The notes: generated by a model not told the origin, from the sequence alone. A stretch of DNA of 55,239 bases from Candidatus Methylomirabilota bacterium (GCA_035260325.1 DATFVL010000062.1:1-55239); one strand, 5' to 3'. Numbered from the stretch's first letter, positions 44,740 through 54,047 are shown. Made by a program: numbers and translations.

Positions 44740-45494
44740 CGGGCGCCCGTGCGGCGTCCGATCACCGTGTCCACGACGCGCCGGTCGGCCTGGATCGCCG
44801 CGGGCGTGCCCTCGGCCAGCACGCGGCCCTCGTGGAGCGCGATGATGCGGTCGGAGTAGCCGAACACGATGTCCATGTCGTGCTCGACCTGGAGGATCGC
44901 CGAGAGCCCGACGCGCTGCGAGGCCGAGACCAGGATCTCCATGATCGCCGTCTTGTCCGCGGTGCTGACGCCGGAGGTCGGCTCGTCGAGCAGGATCATC
45001 TCGGGCCGCAGCGCGAACGCCGACGCCACGTCGAGGAGCTTCTTGTCCCCCTGCGGGAGCTGCCGCGCCGGCGTGTGGCGGCTTGCCGCCAGGCCGAACA
45101 GCTCGGCCACTTCGAGCGCGCCCTCCTGCACTTCGCGGTCGTCCGCGAGGGAGGCCCAGAAGCGGCCGCCGCGGCGGAGCCGCGCGACGACGGCGGCCTG
45201 GAGCGTCTCGAGCACGGTGAGCTCGGGGAAGACGTGGACGAGCTGGAAGCTGCGGGCCATGCCGAGGCGCGCGAGTCGCACGGGGCCGAGGCCGGTCACG
45301 TCGCGGCCCTTGAAGGTGACCGTGCCCGCGGTCGGCGCGACGACGCCCGTCAGCACGTTGAGGAGCGTGGACTTGCCGGCGCCGTTCGGCCCGATGACCG
45401 AGACGAACTCGCCCGCGTCGATCGCGAGGCTCACGCCGTCGAGCGCGCAGAACCCGCCGTAGAGCTTCCGGATCCCCTCGGCGCGGAGGATCAT
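44736..45494 (-). CDS. livG: branched-chain amino acid ABC transporter ATP-binding protein
   Basis: ATG 45494 overlaps the livM stop (ATGA). GPNGAGKSTLLNVLTG; ARSFQLVHVFPELTVLE; ILLDEPTSGV. Confidence 0.9.
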   Translation of the reverse strand: MILRAEGIRKLYGGFCALDGVSLAIDAGEFVSVIGPNGAGKSTLLNVLTGVVAPTAGTVTFKGRDVTGLGPVRLARLGMARSFQLVHVFPELTVLETLQAAVVARLRRGGRFWASLADDREVQEGALEVAELFGLAASRHTPARQLPQGDKKLLDVASAFALRPEMILLDEPTSGVSTADKTAIMEILVSASQRVGLSAILQVEHDMDIVFGYSDRIIALHEGRVLAEGTPAAIQADRRVVDTVIGRRTGAR

Positions 45495-46447
45495 GCGCGC
45501 GCCGCCTCGATCGGCCGGCGCCGGGCGAAGAGCCCCATGAGGCCGCCCGGCGCCCGGATCACGATGACCGCGAGCAACGCGCCGAAGATCAGCCGCCAGT
45601 ACGGGACGACCGACATGACGAAGTCCTGGAGGTAGATGAAGACGAACGCGCCCAGCACCGGCCCGAAGAAGCTCGAGAAGCCGCCCAGCAGCGTCATGAA
45701 CACGAGGTTACCCGAGTGCGTCCAGTAGGCGAGCGTCGGGTCCACGTTCCCCGTCGGCGGGCCGAGGAGTGCGCCGCCGACGGCCCCGTACACCGCCGAG
45801 ATCATGAAGGCGAGCCAGCGGTAGCGCGTGACGCCGAGGCCGAGGGTCTCGGCCTTCGCCGGGTTGTCGCGGATGGCCCGGAGCGCGAGGCCGAACGGCG
45901 AGTGGACGACGCGCCACATCGCGAGGGCCGCCAGCACGAGCACCGCGAGCGCGTAGTAGTAGTACGGGCCCACGAGGTAGTCGGTCTTCGAGATCGCGTC
46001 GAGCCGCTGGCCGAGGAGGGCGGGTCGGAGGAACGGCATCCCCTCGTCGCCGCCGGTCAGCCGGTAGAACTTGAGCACGAAGGTGTAGAAGACCATGCCG
46101 AAGGCGAGCGTGAGCATGCCGAAGTAGATCTTCACGTAGCGGACGCAGAGGGCCCCGACGGGGGCGGCGACCGCGGCGCCGAGCACCGCGGCGGCCAGGA
46201 GGATCGCCTCCATCGAGCGGATCTTGACGACGCTCGTGAGGAACGCGCCCACGTACGCGCCGATCCCGACGAACAGGGCGTGGCCGAACGAGACGAGACC
46301 CGTGTAGCCGAAGAGGAGGTTCAGGCCGAGCAGGATGACGGCGTAGGCCATGAACGGCAGCATCAGCAGCGCGTAGTAGGTCGGGACCAGGAGCGGCGCC
46401 GCCGCCACGCCCGCGAGCGCCAGCGCGACGGCCAGCGGGCGCCTCAC
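45491..46447 (-). CDS. livM: branched-chain amino acid ABC transporter permease
   Basis: GTG 46447 overlaps the livH stop (GTGA). LLGLNLLFGYTGLVSFGHALFVGIGAY..LRAIRDNPAKAETLG. Confidence 0.85.
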   Translation of the reverse strand: MRRPLAVALALAGVAAAPLLVPTYYALLMLPFMAYAVILLGLNLLFGYTGLVSFGHALFVGIGAYVGAFLTSVVKIRSMEAILLAAAVLGAAVAAPVGALCVRYVKIYFGMLTLAFGMVFYTFVLKFYRLTGGDEGMPFLRPALLGQRLDAISKTDYLVGPYYYYALAVLVLAALAMWRVVHSPFGLALRAIRDNPAKAETLGLGVTRYRWLAFMISAVYGAVGGALLGPPTGNVDPTLAYWTHSGNLVFMTLLGGFSSFFGPVLGAFVFIYLQDFVMSVVPYWRLIFGALLAVIVIRAPGGLMGLFARRRPIEAARA

Positions 46448-47331
46448 GCCTCGGCCCGCCCGAAGAGCCCGCGCGGCCGGAGGACGAGGACGCCGATCAC
46501 GATCAGGTAGATCAGCAGCATCTCGAGCTCCGGGTAGACGGAGATCGCGATCGCGCGCAGGACGCCGACGACCAGCGCGCCGACGAACGCGCCCCGCATG
46601 GAGCCGAGGCCCCCGATGACGACGACGGCGAACGCCTCGACGATCAGCTCGACGCCCATCTCGCTCATCGCGGCCGTGGCGGGGATGACGAGGGCCCCGC
46701 CGAGCGTGCCGAGCGCCGTGCCGAGCGTGAACACCGTGGCGTAGAGCCGACGCATGTCCACGCCGAGCGCCGCGGCCATCTCGCGGTTGTCGGCGGCCGC
46801 GCGGATGATGCGGCCGAACGCCGTCCGCGTGAGGAGCCAGCCGATGCCCAGCGCGATCGCGAGGCTCGCCGCGATGACGACGAGATTGTAGACGGGCACG
46901 GTCGCGCCCAGGACGCTCACGCGCCCGTAGGCGAGGTAGAGCCCGGACGTCGAGCGCGGTGAGGGACCCCACGTCATGCGGATCGCGTCCTCCATCATGA
47001 GGACGACGGCGAACGTGAGCAGGAGCTGGAAGGTCTCGTCGCGGTCGTACACGAAGCTCAGGAGCCCGCGCTCCACCACCAGCCCGACGGCGCCCACCGC
47101 GGCGCCCGCGAGCGTGAGCGGCACGATGAAGAGTCCGGGGGGCCCGCCCGCGTCCGCGTACCAGCCCACCGCGGAGACGCCGACGTAGGCGCCGAGCGCG
47201 TAGAAGGAGCCGCAGGCGAGGTTGAAGATCTTCTGGACGCCGAAGACGACCTGCAGCCCCGCCGCCACGAGGAAGAGGATGCTCGCGTGGAAGACCCCGC
47301 CGAGCAGAACGCTGACGACGTGCGCGGTCAG
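46444..47331 (-). CDS. livH: branched-chain amino acid ABC transporter permease
   Basis: GLQVVFGVQKIFNLACGSFYALGAY..IRAAADNREMAAALG. The expected N-terminus (LTAHVVSVLLGG..) has no ATG/GTG/TTG. I place the start at CTG 47331, overlapping the SBP stop (CTGA). The first canonical start, GTG 47268, would truncate TM1. Confidence 0.75.
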   Translation of the reverse strand: MTAHVVSVLLGGVFHASILFLVAAGLQVVFGVQKIFNLACGSFYALGAYVGVSAVGWYADAGGPPGLFIVPLTLAGAAVGAVGLVVERGLLSFVYDRDETFQLLLTFAVVLMMEDAIRMTWGPSPRSTSGLYLAYGRVSVLGATVPVYNLVVIAASLAIALGIGWLLTRTAFGRIIRAAADNREMAAALGVDMRRLYATVFTLGTALGTLGGALVIPATAAMSEMGVELIVEAFAVVVIGGLGSMRGAFVGALVVGVLRAIAISVYPELEMLLIYLIVIGVLVLRPRGLFGRAEA

Positions 47332-48593
47332 AGCTTCCAGGAGTTGATCCAGTCGAACAGCTTGGCCCCGGCGGGCTTCATGGCCCGCTTCGTGGACACG
47401 ACCTCGACCGGGCTGATCGTCACGAAGTCGTAGGCGTTCTTGTGCGTCGTGATCCCCTGGTAGAAGTTGCACATCTGGACGTGGTCCTCGCGCCAGCTCC
47501 GGCGGCCCGAGAGCGACTCGATCTCGATGCCCTCGAGCGCCTTGACGACCTGCGCGCTCGCAGGCCACTGCCTGGCCTGGCCCGCGGCCTTCTCGACGGC
47601 CGCCTTGTACGACTCGGCGCAAAAGTAGGCGTGGTCGCACTCGTAGGGTGGGTACTCGTTGTACTTCGCCTTGTACTCGCGCACGAACTGCTTGAGGAGC
47701 GCGGAGCCCTTCGGGTCGTCGAAGTACATCGTGTTGTAGCCGAGGAGCAGCCCCTCGGGGGTGAACTCCTTCTTGAGCGAGTCGTGCACGCCGCCGGCCG
47801 TGGTGAAGACACCCTTCATGGTCCTGAACAGGCCGACCGCGGTCGCCTGCTTCATGATGATCGTGGCGTCGCCCGACCAGAACGAGCACATCAGGAGGTC
47901 GGGCTTGGCCTGCTGGATCGCGGCGATGTGCGAGGTGAAGTCGGTCACCCCGAGCTTGGGGAAGAGCTCCAGGACGAACTTCACGTCGGGGATGTAGCGC
48001 CGCAGAACGGCCTGGTAGGACTCCCAGCAGTCGTGGCCGTACGAGTAGTCGTTGCCGATCCCCGCCACGGTCTTGATCCCCTTGAAGTACTTCGGCGTCA
48101 GGAGCCCGGCGACGATCGCCTCGACCTCGTTGTCCACGCTCTTGAACGCCCACTTCGGGCTGGGCATGGTCTCGTCCACGCCCTTCTGCGTCGTGCCGTC
48201 CCACGAGAGCCACGGGGTCGCGAGGTCCTCGGCCACCGGGCCGACCGCCAGCGTGACGCCGGTGGAGATGCCGCCCAGCACGACCTCGACCTTGTCCTGG
48301 AGGACGAGCTTCCGGTAGCGCTCCACGGTGTCCTTGGGGTTCGACTCCTCCTCGACCACGAGCTGCACGGGCCGCCCCAGGATCCCGCCGGCCGCGTTGA
48401 CGCGCGCGGCCCACCACTCGGTCGCCCGGAGCCCCGCGGCGCCCACGGGCGCGGCGATGCCCGCGCGGATGGCGAGGACGCCGAGCTTCACGGGCGCGCC
48501 TTGGGCGCGCGCGCGGCCCGGGTCGAGACCGGCGCCGGCCGCGACCGCGGCGCCGCCCACGAGCTTCACGAAGTTCCGCCGTGTGGTGATCAT
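47328..48593 (-). CDS. branched-chain amino acid-type ABC substrate-binding protein with a Tat-like signal
   Basis: MITTRRNFVKLVGGAAVAAGAG; VKLGVLAIRAGIAAPVG..RPVQLVVEEESNPKD..VVLGGISTGV. Confidence 0.9.
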   Translation of the reverse strand: MITTRRNFVKLVGGAAVAAGAGLDPGRARAQGAPVKLGVLAIRAGIAAPVGAAGLRATEWWAARVNAAGGILGRPVQLVVEEESNPKDTVERYRKLVLQDKVEVVLGGISTGVTLAVGPVAEDLATPWLSWDGTTQKGVDETMPSPKWAFKSVDNEVEAIVAGLLTPKYFKGIKTVAGIGNDYSYGHDCWESYQAVLRRYIPDVKFVLELFPKLGVTDFTSHIAAIQQAKPDLLMCSFWSGDATIIMKQATAVGLFRTMKGVFTTAGGVHDSLKKEFTPEGLLLGYNTMYFDDPKGSALLKQFVREYKAKYNEYPPYECDHAYFCAESYKAAVEKAAGQARQWPASAQVVKALEGIEIESLSGRRSWREDHVQMCNFYQGITTHKNAYDFVTISPVEVVSTKRAMKPAGAKLFDWINSWKL

Positions 48594-48666
48594 CGTTGGC
48601 CTCCCGTTGGGCTGAGCGACGCGCGCATTCTAATGCGTTCGGGCCGGCGGCCGCTAGGGGCAGGAG

Positions 48667-48695
48667 TTCGCGGCCCCTTCCGTATATGATAGAAA
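48667..48695 (+). promoter_or_regulatory. putative promoter giving a leaderless transcript for the GGDEF signalling gene
   Basis: TTCGCG (48667-48672), 17-nt spacer, TAGAAA (48690-48695). ATG 48704 lies 8 nt beyond the -10 box. Confidence 0.3.
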
Positions 48696-48703
48696 TGTCC
48701 TCC

Positions 48704-50956
48704 ATGCATGTACGCTTCTGGGGAACACGTGGGTCCATCGCCGCGCCCGGTCCGAAGACGGCCGTGTACGGCGGCAACACGTCCTGCGTCGAGGTCCGGG
48801 CCTCCGACGGCACCGTGATCGTCCTCGACTGCGGCACGGGCGCGCGTGAGCTCGGCCTGCACCTCGCCCGGACGCTGCCCCATCCCATCCGGCTCCACCT
48901 CTTCATCGGCCACACGCACTGGGACCACATCCAGGGCTTCCCCTTCTTCGTGCCCGCGTTCCTCCCGGGCGCCGAGCTGAACATCTACGCGCCGCTCGGC
49001 TTCCAGCGGAGCCTCGAGGAGGCGATGGCCGGGCAGATGGAGTACTCGTACTTCCCGGTGAAGCTCCGCGAGCTGCGGAGCCGCATCCACTTCACGGAGC
49101 TCGACGAGGGGTTCTTCCGCGTGGGCGACGTGCTGGTCGAGACGCAGTACCTGAACCACACCGCGCCGACGATCGGCTACCGCATGTCGTGCGGCGGCGC
49201 CACGCTGGCGTACGTGACCGACCACGAGCCCTTCTGGAGCGCGTCGGGCTCCGTCGCGCAGCACCCCGGGGACGAGCGTCACGTCGCGTTCATGCGCGGC
49301 GCCGACCTCGTCATCCATGACGCCCAGTACACGGAGGAGGAGTACCGCGGCAAGGTCGGCTGGGGGCACGCGTCCATCGATTACGCCGTGGACGTCGCGC
49401 TCGCGGCCGACGTGGGGCGCCTCGTGCTCTTCCATCACGACCCGACGCACGACGACGCGATGCTCGAGCGCATGGAGACGGCGGCCCGCGCCCGGGCCGC
49501 GGTGGGCGGCGGCCGGCTCGAGGTGCTCGCGGCGCGCGAGGGGCTCGAGCTCGAGGTGCGGGGCGGCGCCGCCGCGCCCTCCGTGGCGGAGGCCTCGGCG
49601 CTCCAGCACCGGCAGATCACGGGCGGCCGCGTCCTCGTCGTGAGCGCGAACGAGAACGAGGTCGCAGCGATCGAGGAGGTCCTGACCGAGGACGGGCTCG
49701 TGCTCCTGCGTCTGCCCGACATGCGCGGCGCCCTCCAGCGCGGTCGTGAGCTCATGCCGGACCTCGCGATCGTGGACCGTGAGCTCATGGGTGAGGACGG
49801 CGACGCGGCGGTCGAGACGCTGCGCGAGCGCCTCGGACGGCGGAACTTCCCCGTGGTCGTGCTCGCCGACGGCTCGTTCGCGTCGGACGCGATCTATCGC
49901 GGGGAGGCCGCGTCCGCCGACTACCTCGCGAAGCCCTTCAGCCCGCCGATGCTGCGCGCCCGCGTCCGCGCGTGGCTCGCCCGGACGCTCATGGCCTTCG
50001 ACGTCGCGGACGCCGCGCGCCGGACCACGGAGGCGGCGGGCGCGCCGGGCGGCCGCGGCGACGCGCGCGCGCGCTACGCGAGCCTGCTCGCCGCGGTGCC
50101 GCTCTTCCGTCCGCTCCCGGCGGAGCAGCGCGAGCTGCTGGCCGCCCAGGCGTCGGAGCAGGTCTTCCCCGCGGGGCACGTGATCATCCAGGAGAACGCG
50201 CCGCCCGACCGCCTCTTCGTCGTCCTCGAGGGGCGCGTGCGGATCCTCGAGACCGCACCCGACAATCCCCTCGACGTCATCCTCGGCGAGCTCGGGGAGG
50301 GCGAGCTCTTCGGGGAGCTCGGCGTCCTGCGGAACCAGGCGCGCTCGGCGTCGGTCGTCGCGATCGAGCGGACGCACTGTCTCGTGCTCCAGCAGGCCGA
50401 CTTCCTGCGCGCGCTCCAGGGCTCGACGGAGCTCGCGGTCTCGCTGCTCCGGCTGCTGGCGGGGCGCCTCTACGAGACCGACCGCCGGCTCTCGCGCTAC
50501 GCGCCGGACGGCGTCACCGGCCTCGCGGGCCGTCGCGCGTTCCACGACCAGTACCGGCGGCTGGCGGCCGTCGCGCGGCGGCGCGGCACCGGCGCGCTGC
50601 TGCTCGTGATGGACGTGACGCGGCTCAAGACGATCAACGACCGTCACGGGTACGGCGTGGGCGACGACGTGCTCCGCTGCGTCGCCGACGCGCTCATCGA
50701 GGCGACGCGCACGACGGACCTCGTGACGCGGCACGGCGGCGATGAGTTCGTGGTGTTCTTCCCCGACGCCGGGCCGAACGACGAGGCCAACGTGGTGGGC
50801 CGCGTTCGCGAGAAGATCGCCGCGCTCGTCGCCAAGCGCGGGATCCCGACCCCCATCCAGGTGAGCGTCGGCGTCGCGTACCGCCAGTCGCCCCCCGAGT
50901 CGGCGGACGAGATGCTGCGCGAGGCCGACCAGGACATGCACCGCCGGCGGGCCTAG
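48704..50956 (+). CDS. multidomain signalling protein: MBL-fold hydrolase + receiver-like domain + cNMP-binding domain + GGDEF diguanylate cyclase
   Basis: MHVRFWGTRGS..GHTHWDHIQG (MBL fold); PDLAIVD..YLAKPF (REC); FGELGVLRNQARSASVVA (cNMP-binding); RTTDLVTRHGGDEFVVFF (RxxD I-site plus GGDEF). Alternative in-frame ATGs at 48686 and 48695. Confidence 0.85.
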   Translation: MHVRFWGTRGSIAAPGPKTAVYGGNTSCVEVRASDGTVIVLDCGTGARELGLHLARTLPHPIRLHLFIGHTHWDHIQGFPFFVPAFLPGAELNIYAPLGFQRSLEEAMAGQMEYSYFPVKLRELRSRIHFTELDEGFFRVGDVLVETQYLNHTAPTIGYRMSCGGATLAYVTDHEPFWSASGSVAQHPGDERHVAFMRGADLVIHDAQYTEEEYRGKVGWGHASIDYAVDVALAADVGRLVLFHHDPTHDDAMLERMETAARARAAVGGGRLEVLAAREGLELEVRGGAAAPSVAEASALQHRQITGGRVLVVSANENEVAAIEEVLTEDGLVLLRLPDMRGALQRGRELMPDLAIVDRELMGEDGDAAVETLRERLGRRNFPVVVLADGSFASDAIYRGEAASADYLAKPFSPPMLRARVRAWLARTLMAFDVADAARRTTEAAGAPGGRGDARARYASLLAAVPLFRPLPAEQRELLAAQASEQVFPAGHVIIQENAPPDRLFVVLEGRVRILETAPDNPLDVILGELGEGELFGELGVLRNQARSASVVAIERTHCLVLQQADFLRALQGSTELAVSLLRLLAGRLYETDRRLSRYAPDGVTGLAGRRAFHDQYRRLAAVARRRGTGALLLVMDVTRLKTINDRHGYGVGDDVLRCVADALIEATRTTDLVTRHGGDEFVVFFPDAGPNDEANVVGRVREKIAALVAKRGIPTPIQVSVGVAYRQSPPESADEMLREADQDMHRRRA

Positions 50957-50974
50957 CCGGCGCGCCGCTCGCCG

Positions 50975-51715
50975 CTACTTCCGCTTCCGCTCGACGAAGG
51001 CCCGGATCCGCGCGCGCGCCTCGGGGCTCGTCCGGAGGGCCGCGCCGTAGGCCTCCGGCTCCCGTCCCCGCTCGCCCTTGCGGATCGCCGCGACGATCTC
51101 CTTGGTCGCCGCGAGCCCCGCGCGCGGGGCTCGCGCGACGTCGGCCGCGAGCGCGGCGACGCTCGCGTCGAGCGTCGCCGGGGCGACGACGCGGTTGACG
51201 AGCCCCATCCGGAGCGCCTCGCTCGCGTGGACGGTGCGGCCCGTCAGCAGGAGCTCGCGCGCCCAGCCGCCGGGCACGACGTCGAGCAGCCGCTCGATGC
51301 CGTAGCCGGGGTTGAAGCCGAGCGTGACCTCGGGGAGGCCGAAGCGCGCGCGGTCGGAGGCGATGCGGAGATCCTGGGCCACGGCCAGCATGAGGCCGCC
51401 GCCGAGGGCGTGGCCGTCGATCGCCGCGATCGTCACCTGGGGGAGCCGGCCGAAGCGCGCCATGAGGCGCGCCTGGCGGGTCGCCAGCGCCTCGGCGTCG
51501 TCGCCCGAGAGCCCGGCCATCTCGGCGATGTCGTTGCCGGCGCAGAAGGCGCGGCCGCGCGCGGCGACGACGAGGACGCGCGCCTCGTCCATCGCGGCGA
51601 CGCGCTCGAGCGCCTCCTCGAGCGCCGCGGTGAGCGCCCGATTGAGCGCGTTGAGTGCCTCCGGCCGGTCGAGCGTGAGCCGGGCGACGCCGTCCGCGGC
51701 CTCGAGCGCGATCAC
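50975..51715 (-). CDS. enoyl-CoA hydratase/isomerase family protein
   Basis: GTG 51715 overlaps the creatininase stop (GTGA). ARLTLDRPEALNALN..ARGRAFCAGNDI..GHALGGGLMLAVAQD. Confidence 0.85.
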   Translation of the reverse strand: MIALEAADGVARLTLDRPEALNALNRALTAALEEALERVAAMDEARVLVVAARGRAFCAGNDIAEMAGLSGDDAEALATRQARLMARFGRLPQVTIAAIDGHALGGGLMLAVAQDLRIASDRARFGLPEVTLGFNPGYGIERLLDVVPGGWARELLLTGRTVHASEALRMGLVNRVVAPATLDASVAALAADVARAPRAGLAATKEIVAAIRKGERGREPEAYGAALRTSPEARARIRAFVERKRK

Positions 51716-52644
51716 CTGTCCGACCGTCGCGCGAGCAACGCGAGCGCGCCGACCGCGACCAGCGCCATCGCCGCGGCCGCCGCCGGCCAGAAGCCGGTGC
51801 GGAAGAACGGGATCGCGAAGAAGGGCGAGCGCGGCGCGGCCGGCGCGACGCGCCCGTCGAGCAGGCCGTCCACGAGCTCCATCGTCTCGGCGAGGAGGAC
51901 CTCGGACGCCGCCTTGGCGAACGCGGGGTCGGCGAGCGCGGGATGGCCGACGTAGCCCCGGCCGCCGCCCCGCAGCGGATAGTTCGGCACGAGGCGCTCG
52001 GGCCACGAGTAGCGCGCGGGCGGGAGCGTGCGATAGCCGTCGTCCACCAGGTCGGGCCGGAGCATCAGCATCAGCGACGTCTCCCACCAGCCGCCGTGCG
52101 CGTCCTCGGCGAACGCGCGCCGCTCCTCGGCGGAGAGCGTCCGGCCGAGCTCGGCCTCGATCCGGTCGAGGTACCGGCCGCGCAGGAACTCCCACGCGAG
52201 CCGCCCCGTGAACGACGCCATGACGATCCCGTGGCGCCGCGAGACCGCGCCGGCGGCCTCCTCGAGCGCGGTCAGGTGACCGGGGCCCCCGTGGCCGTTT
52301 GCGACCAGGACGTAGCGGAAGCCGGAGCGCGCGAGCGCGTCGCCGTAGTCGAGCACCACGTCACGCACGACGCGCTGGCGCACCCCGACGGTGCCGACCG
52401 AGTCGAAGGTGAACGAGCCGAGGTGGAGGGTGGGCGCGAGCACGACGCTCCAGCCCGGGCGCGCGGCCACGAGCCGCTCGCCGACGCGCTGGGCGATGTG
52501 CCGCGCGGCGATCGCGTCCACGCCGACCGGCAGGTGCGGGCCGTGCGTCTCGAGCGGGCTCACCGGCAGGATGACGACCGTGCGCGCGCGGTCGAGCGCG
52601 TCGAGCGCCGGCGTGGACATCTCGTCGAGCAGGTAGAGGCTCAA
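51712..52644 (-). CDS. creatininase (creatinine amidohydrolase) family protein with a C-terminal TM helix
   Basis: VVILPVSPLETHGPHLPVGVD..VLVANGHGGPGH..DAHGGWWETS. TTG 52644 overlaps the upstream stop (TTGA) and restores the family-typical LLDEMS N-terminus. ATG 52620 is an alternative. Confidence 0.8.
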   Translation of the reverse strand: MSLYLLDEMSTPALDALDRARTVVILPVSPLETHGPHLPVGVDAIAARHIAQRVGERLVAARPGWSVVLAPTLHLGSFTFDSVGTVGVRQRVVRDVVLDYGDALARSGFRYVLVANGHGGPGHLTALEEAAGAVSRRHGIVMASFTGRLAWEFLRGRYLDRIEAELGRTLSAEERRAFAEDAHGGWWETSLMLMLRPDLVDDGYRTLPPARYSWPERLVPNYPLRGGGRGYVGHPALADPAFAKAASEVLLAETMELVDGLLDGRVAPAAPRSPFFAIPFFRTGFWPAAAAAMALVAVGALALLARRSDR

Positions 52645-54047
52645 AAGGAGCTCCCCTTCGTGGCCGTGAGGTAGTCGGTCTTGGCGCGTTCGAGCTCGGC
52701 GACGAGCGCCTGCCGCTCGGCGACGAGCCGCCGCGCCGCGTGCTCGCGGGTGAGCGCGAGCGCCGCGAAGCGGAGCCGGCTCCGCAGGCGCCCCGCCCCC
52801 ACCCAGTAGCGATACGCGAGGACGCCCGAGACCGGGAGCGAGGCGGCGAACGCCGCCGCCCAGCGCGCCCCCGCGAGGGCCCAGACGAGCCAGATCTCGA
52901 GGCCCCAGAAGAGGGGGTACGCGACGATCGAGGCGAGGAAGCGCCACGTCGCGTAGTCCGTCTCCTTGCGCGCCATGCGGCGCGCCACCCAGCGCGGCAC
53001 CCAGTAGACGAGGAAGTTCACACCGGCGCCGTACACGAAGAACGGGAGGCCGGCGACCGCCTCCCAGCCCCGGCGGATCCGCTGGCGCGGCGCGCGCGGC
53101 TCGAGGCGCGCCCGCACCGCCTCGTCCTTCACCCGGTAGACGGCGAGGAGCGCGCGGTAGCTCTGGATCCGCTGCCAGAGGCGCTCGACGCGCTCCGGGT
53201 CCCGCGCCTTGAAGTGGTTCACCGCGTCCACGATTGCTCGCGAGAGGCGGACGAGGTCGATCTGCCCCGGCGCGAGCCCGCGCTCCTGCATGAGCTCGCG
53301 CGCGAGATCGGTGCGGTAGAGATCCTCGACGGCGCGGACGAGGTCGGCCGCCTCGATGCGCTCGACGTGGACGACCTCGGCCTCCATCGCCCACTGGATC
53401 GCGGTCGTCAGCGCTTCGACGGCCTTCACGGGGTCCGCGCGGTACGCGTCGAGATAGGGCGTGACGGGCATGGGCGGGCCGAACGACACGAGCACGCGCC
53501 CGCGGAACGACTTGCGCGCCTCGAAGCTCAACCCCACCGGCACGACGCGGAGCGCGCCGGGGTGCGCGGCCTCGAACCCGAGCGCCAGGCGCGCGGCGCC
53601 GGTCTTGATGCGCACGACGCGCGCCTCGGCGTGGGTCGTGCCCTCCGGGTAGATGGCGACGAGGCGGCCGCGCTCGAAGGCCGCGTGGCACGCCTCGAAC
53701 GTCCCCGCGTTCTTCTCCATCTTGTCCGGGTCGTCCTGCTTCCGATAGACCGGGATCGCGCCGCACGCGCCCAGGAAGCGCGCGAGGAGCGCGTTCCGGA
53801 AGAGCGCCGCCGTCGCGAGGTAGTGGACCTTGCGCCCGAGCGCGGCGCCGACGAGCAGCGAGTCGATGAAGTTGTTCGGGTGGTTGATGCAGAGGAGCAC
53901 GGGGCCACCCTCCGGCACGCGCTCCGGCCGGCGCACGTCCACCGACTTGAAGAAGAACCAGAGCCAGAAGCGGGCGACGGCGCGCACGGTCCGGTAGAAC
54001 CGGTCGGTGTGGTCCCGGGCGGGGGCGGTGTCGAGCGCGATGGTCAT
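52641..54047 (-). CDS. lysophospholipid (PlsC-like) acyltransferase with a long membrane-anchored C-terminal extension
   Basis: HX4D motif LCINHPNNFIDS; IYPEGTTH. The C-terminal 200 aa or so contain helical and TM segments (FFVYGAGVNFLVYWV.., AYPLFWGLEIWLVWALAG). Confidence 0.8.
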   Translation of the reverse strand: MTIALDTAPARDHTDRFYRTVRAVARFWLWFFFKSVDVRRPERVPEGGPVLLCINHPNNFIDSLLVGAALGRKVHYLATAALFRNALLARFLGACGAIPVYRKQDDPDKMEKNAGTFEACHAAFERGRLVAIYPEGTTHAEARVVRIKTGAARLALGFEAAHPGALRVVPVGLSFEARKSFRGRVLVSFGPPMPVTPYLDAYRADPVKAVEALTTAIQWAMEAEVVHVERIEAADLVRAVEDLYRTDLARELMQERGLAPGQIDLVRLSRAIVDAVNHFKARDPERVERLWQRIQSYRALLAVYRVKDEAVRARLEPRAPRQRIRRGWEAVAGLPFFVYGAGVNFLVYWVPRWVARRMARKETDYATWRFLASIVAYPLFWGLEIWLVWALAGARWAAAFAASLPVSGVLAYRYWVGAGRLRSRLRFAALALTREHAARRLVAERQALVAELERAKTDYLTATKGSSF

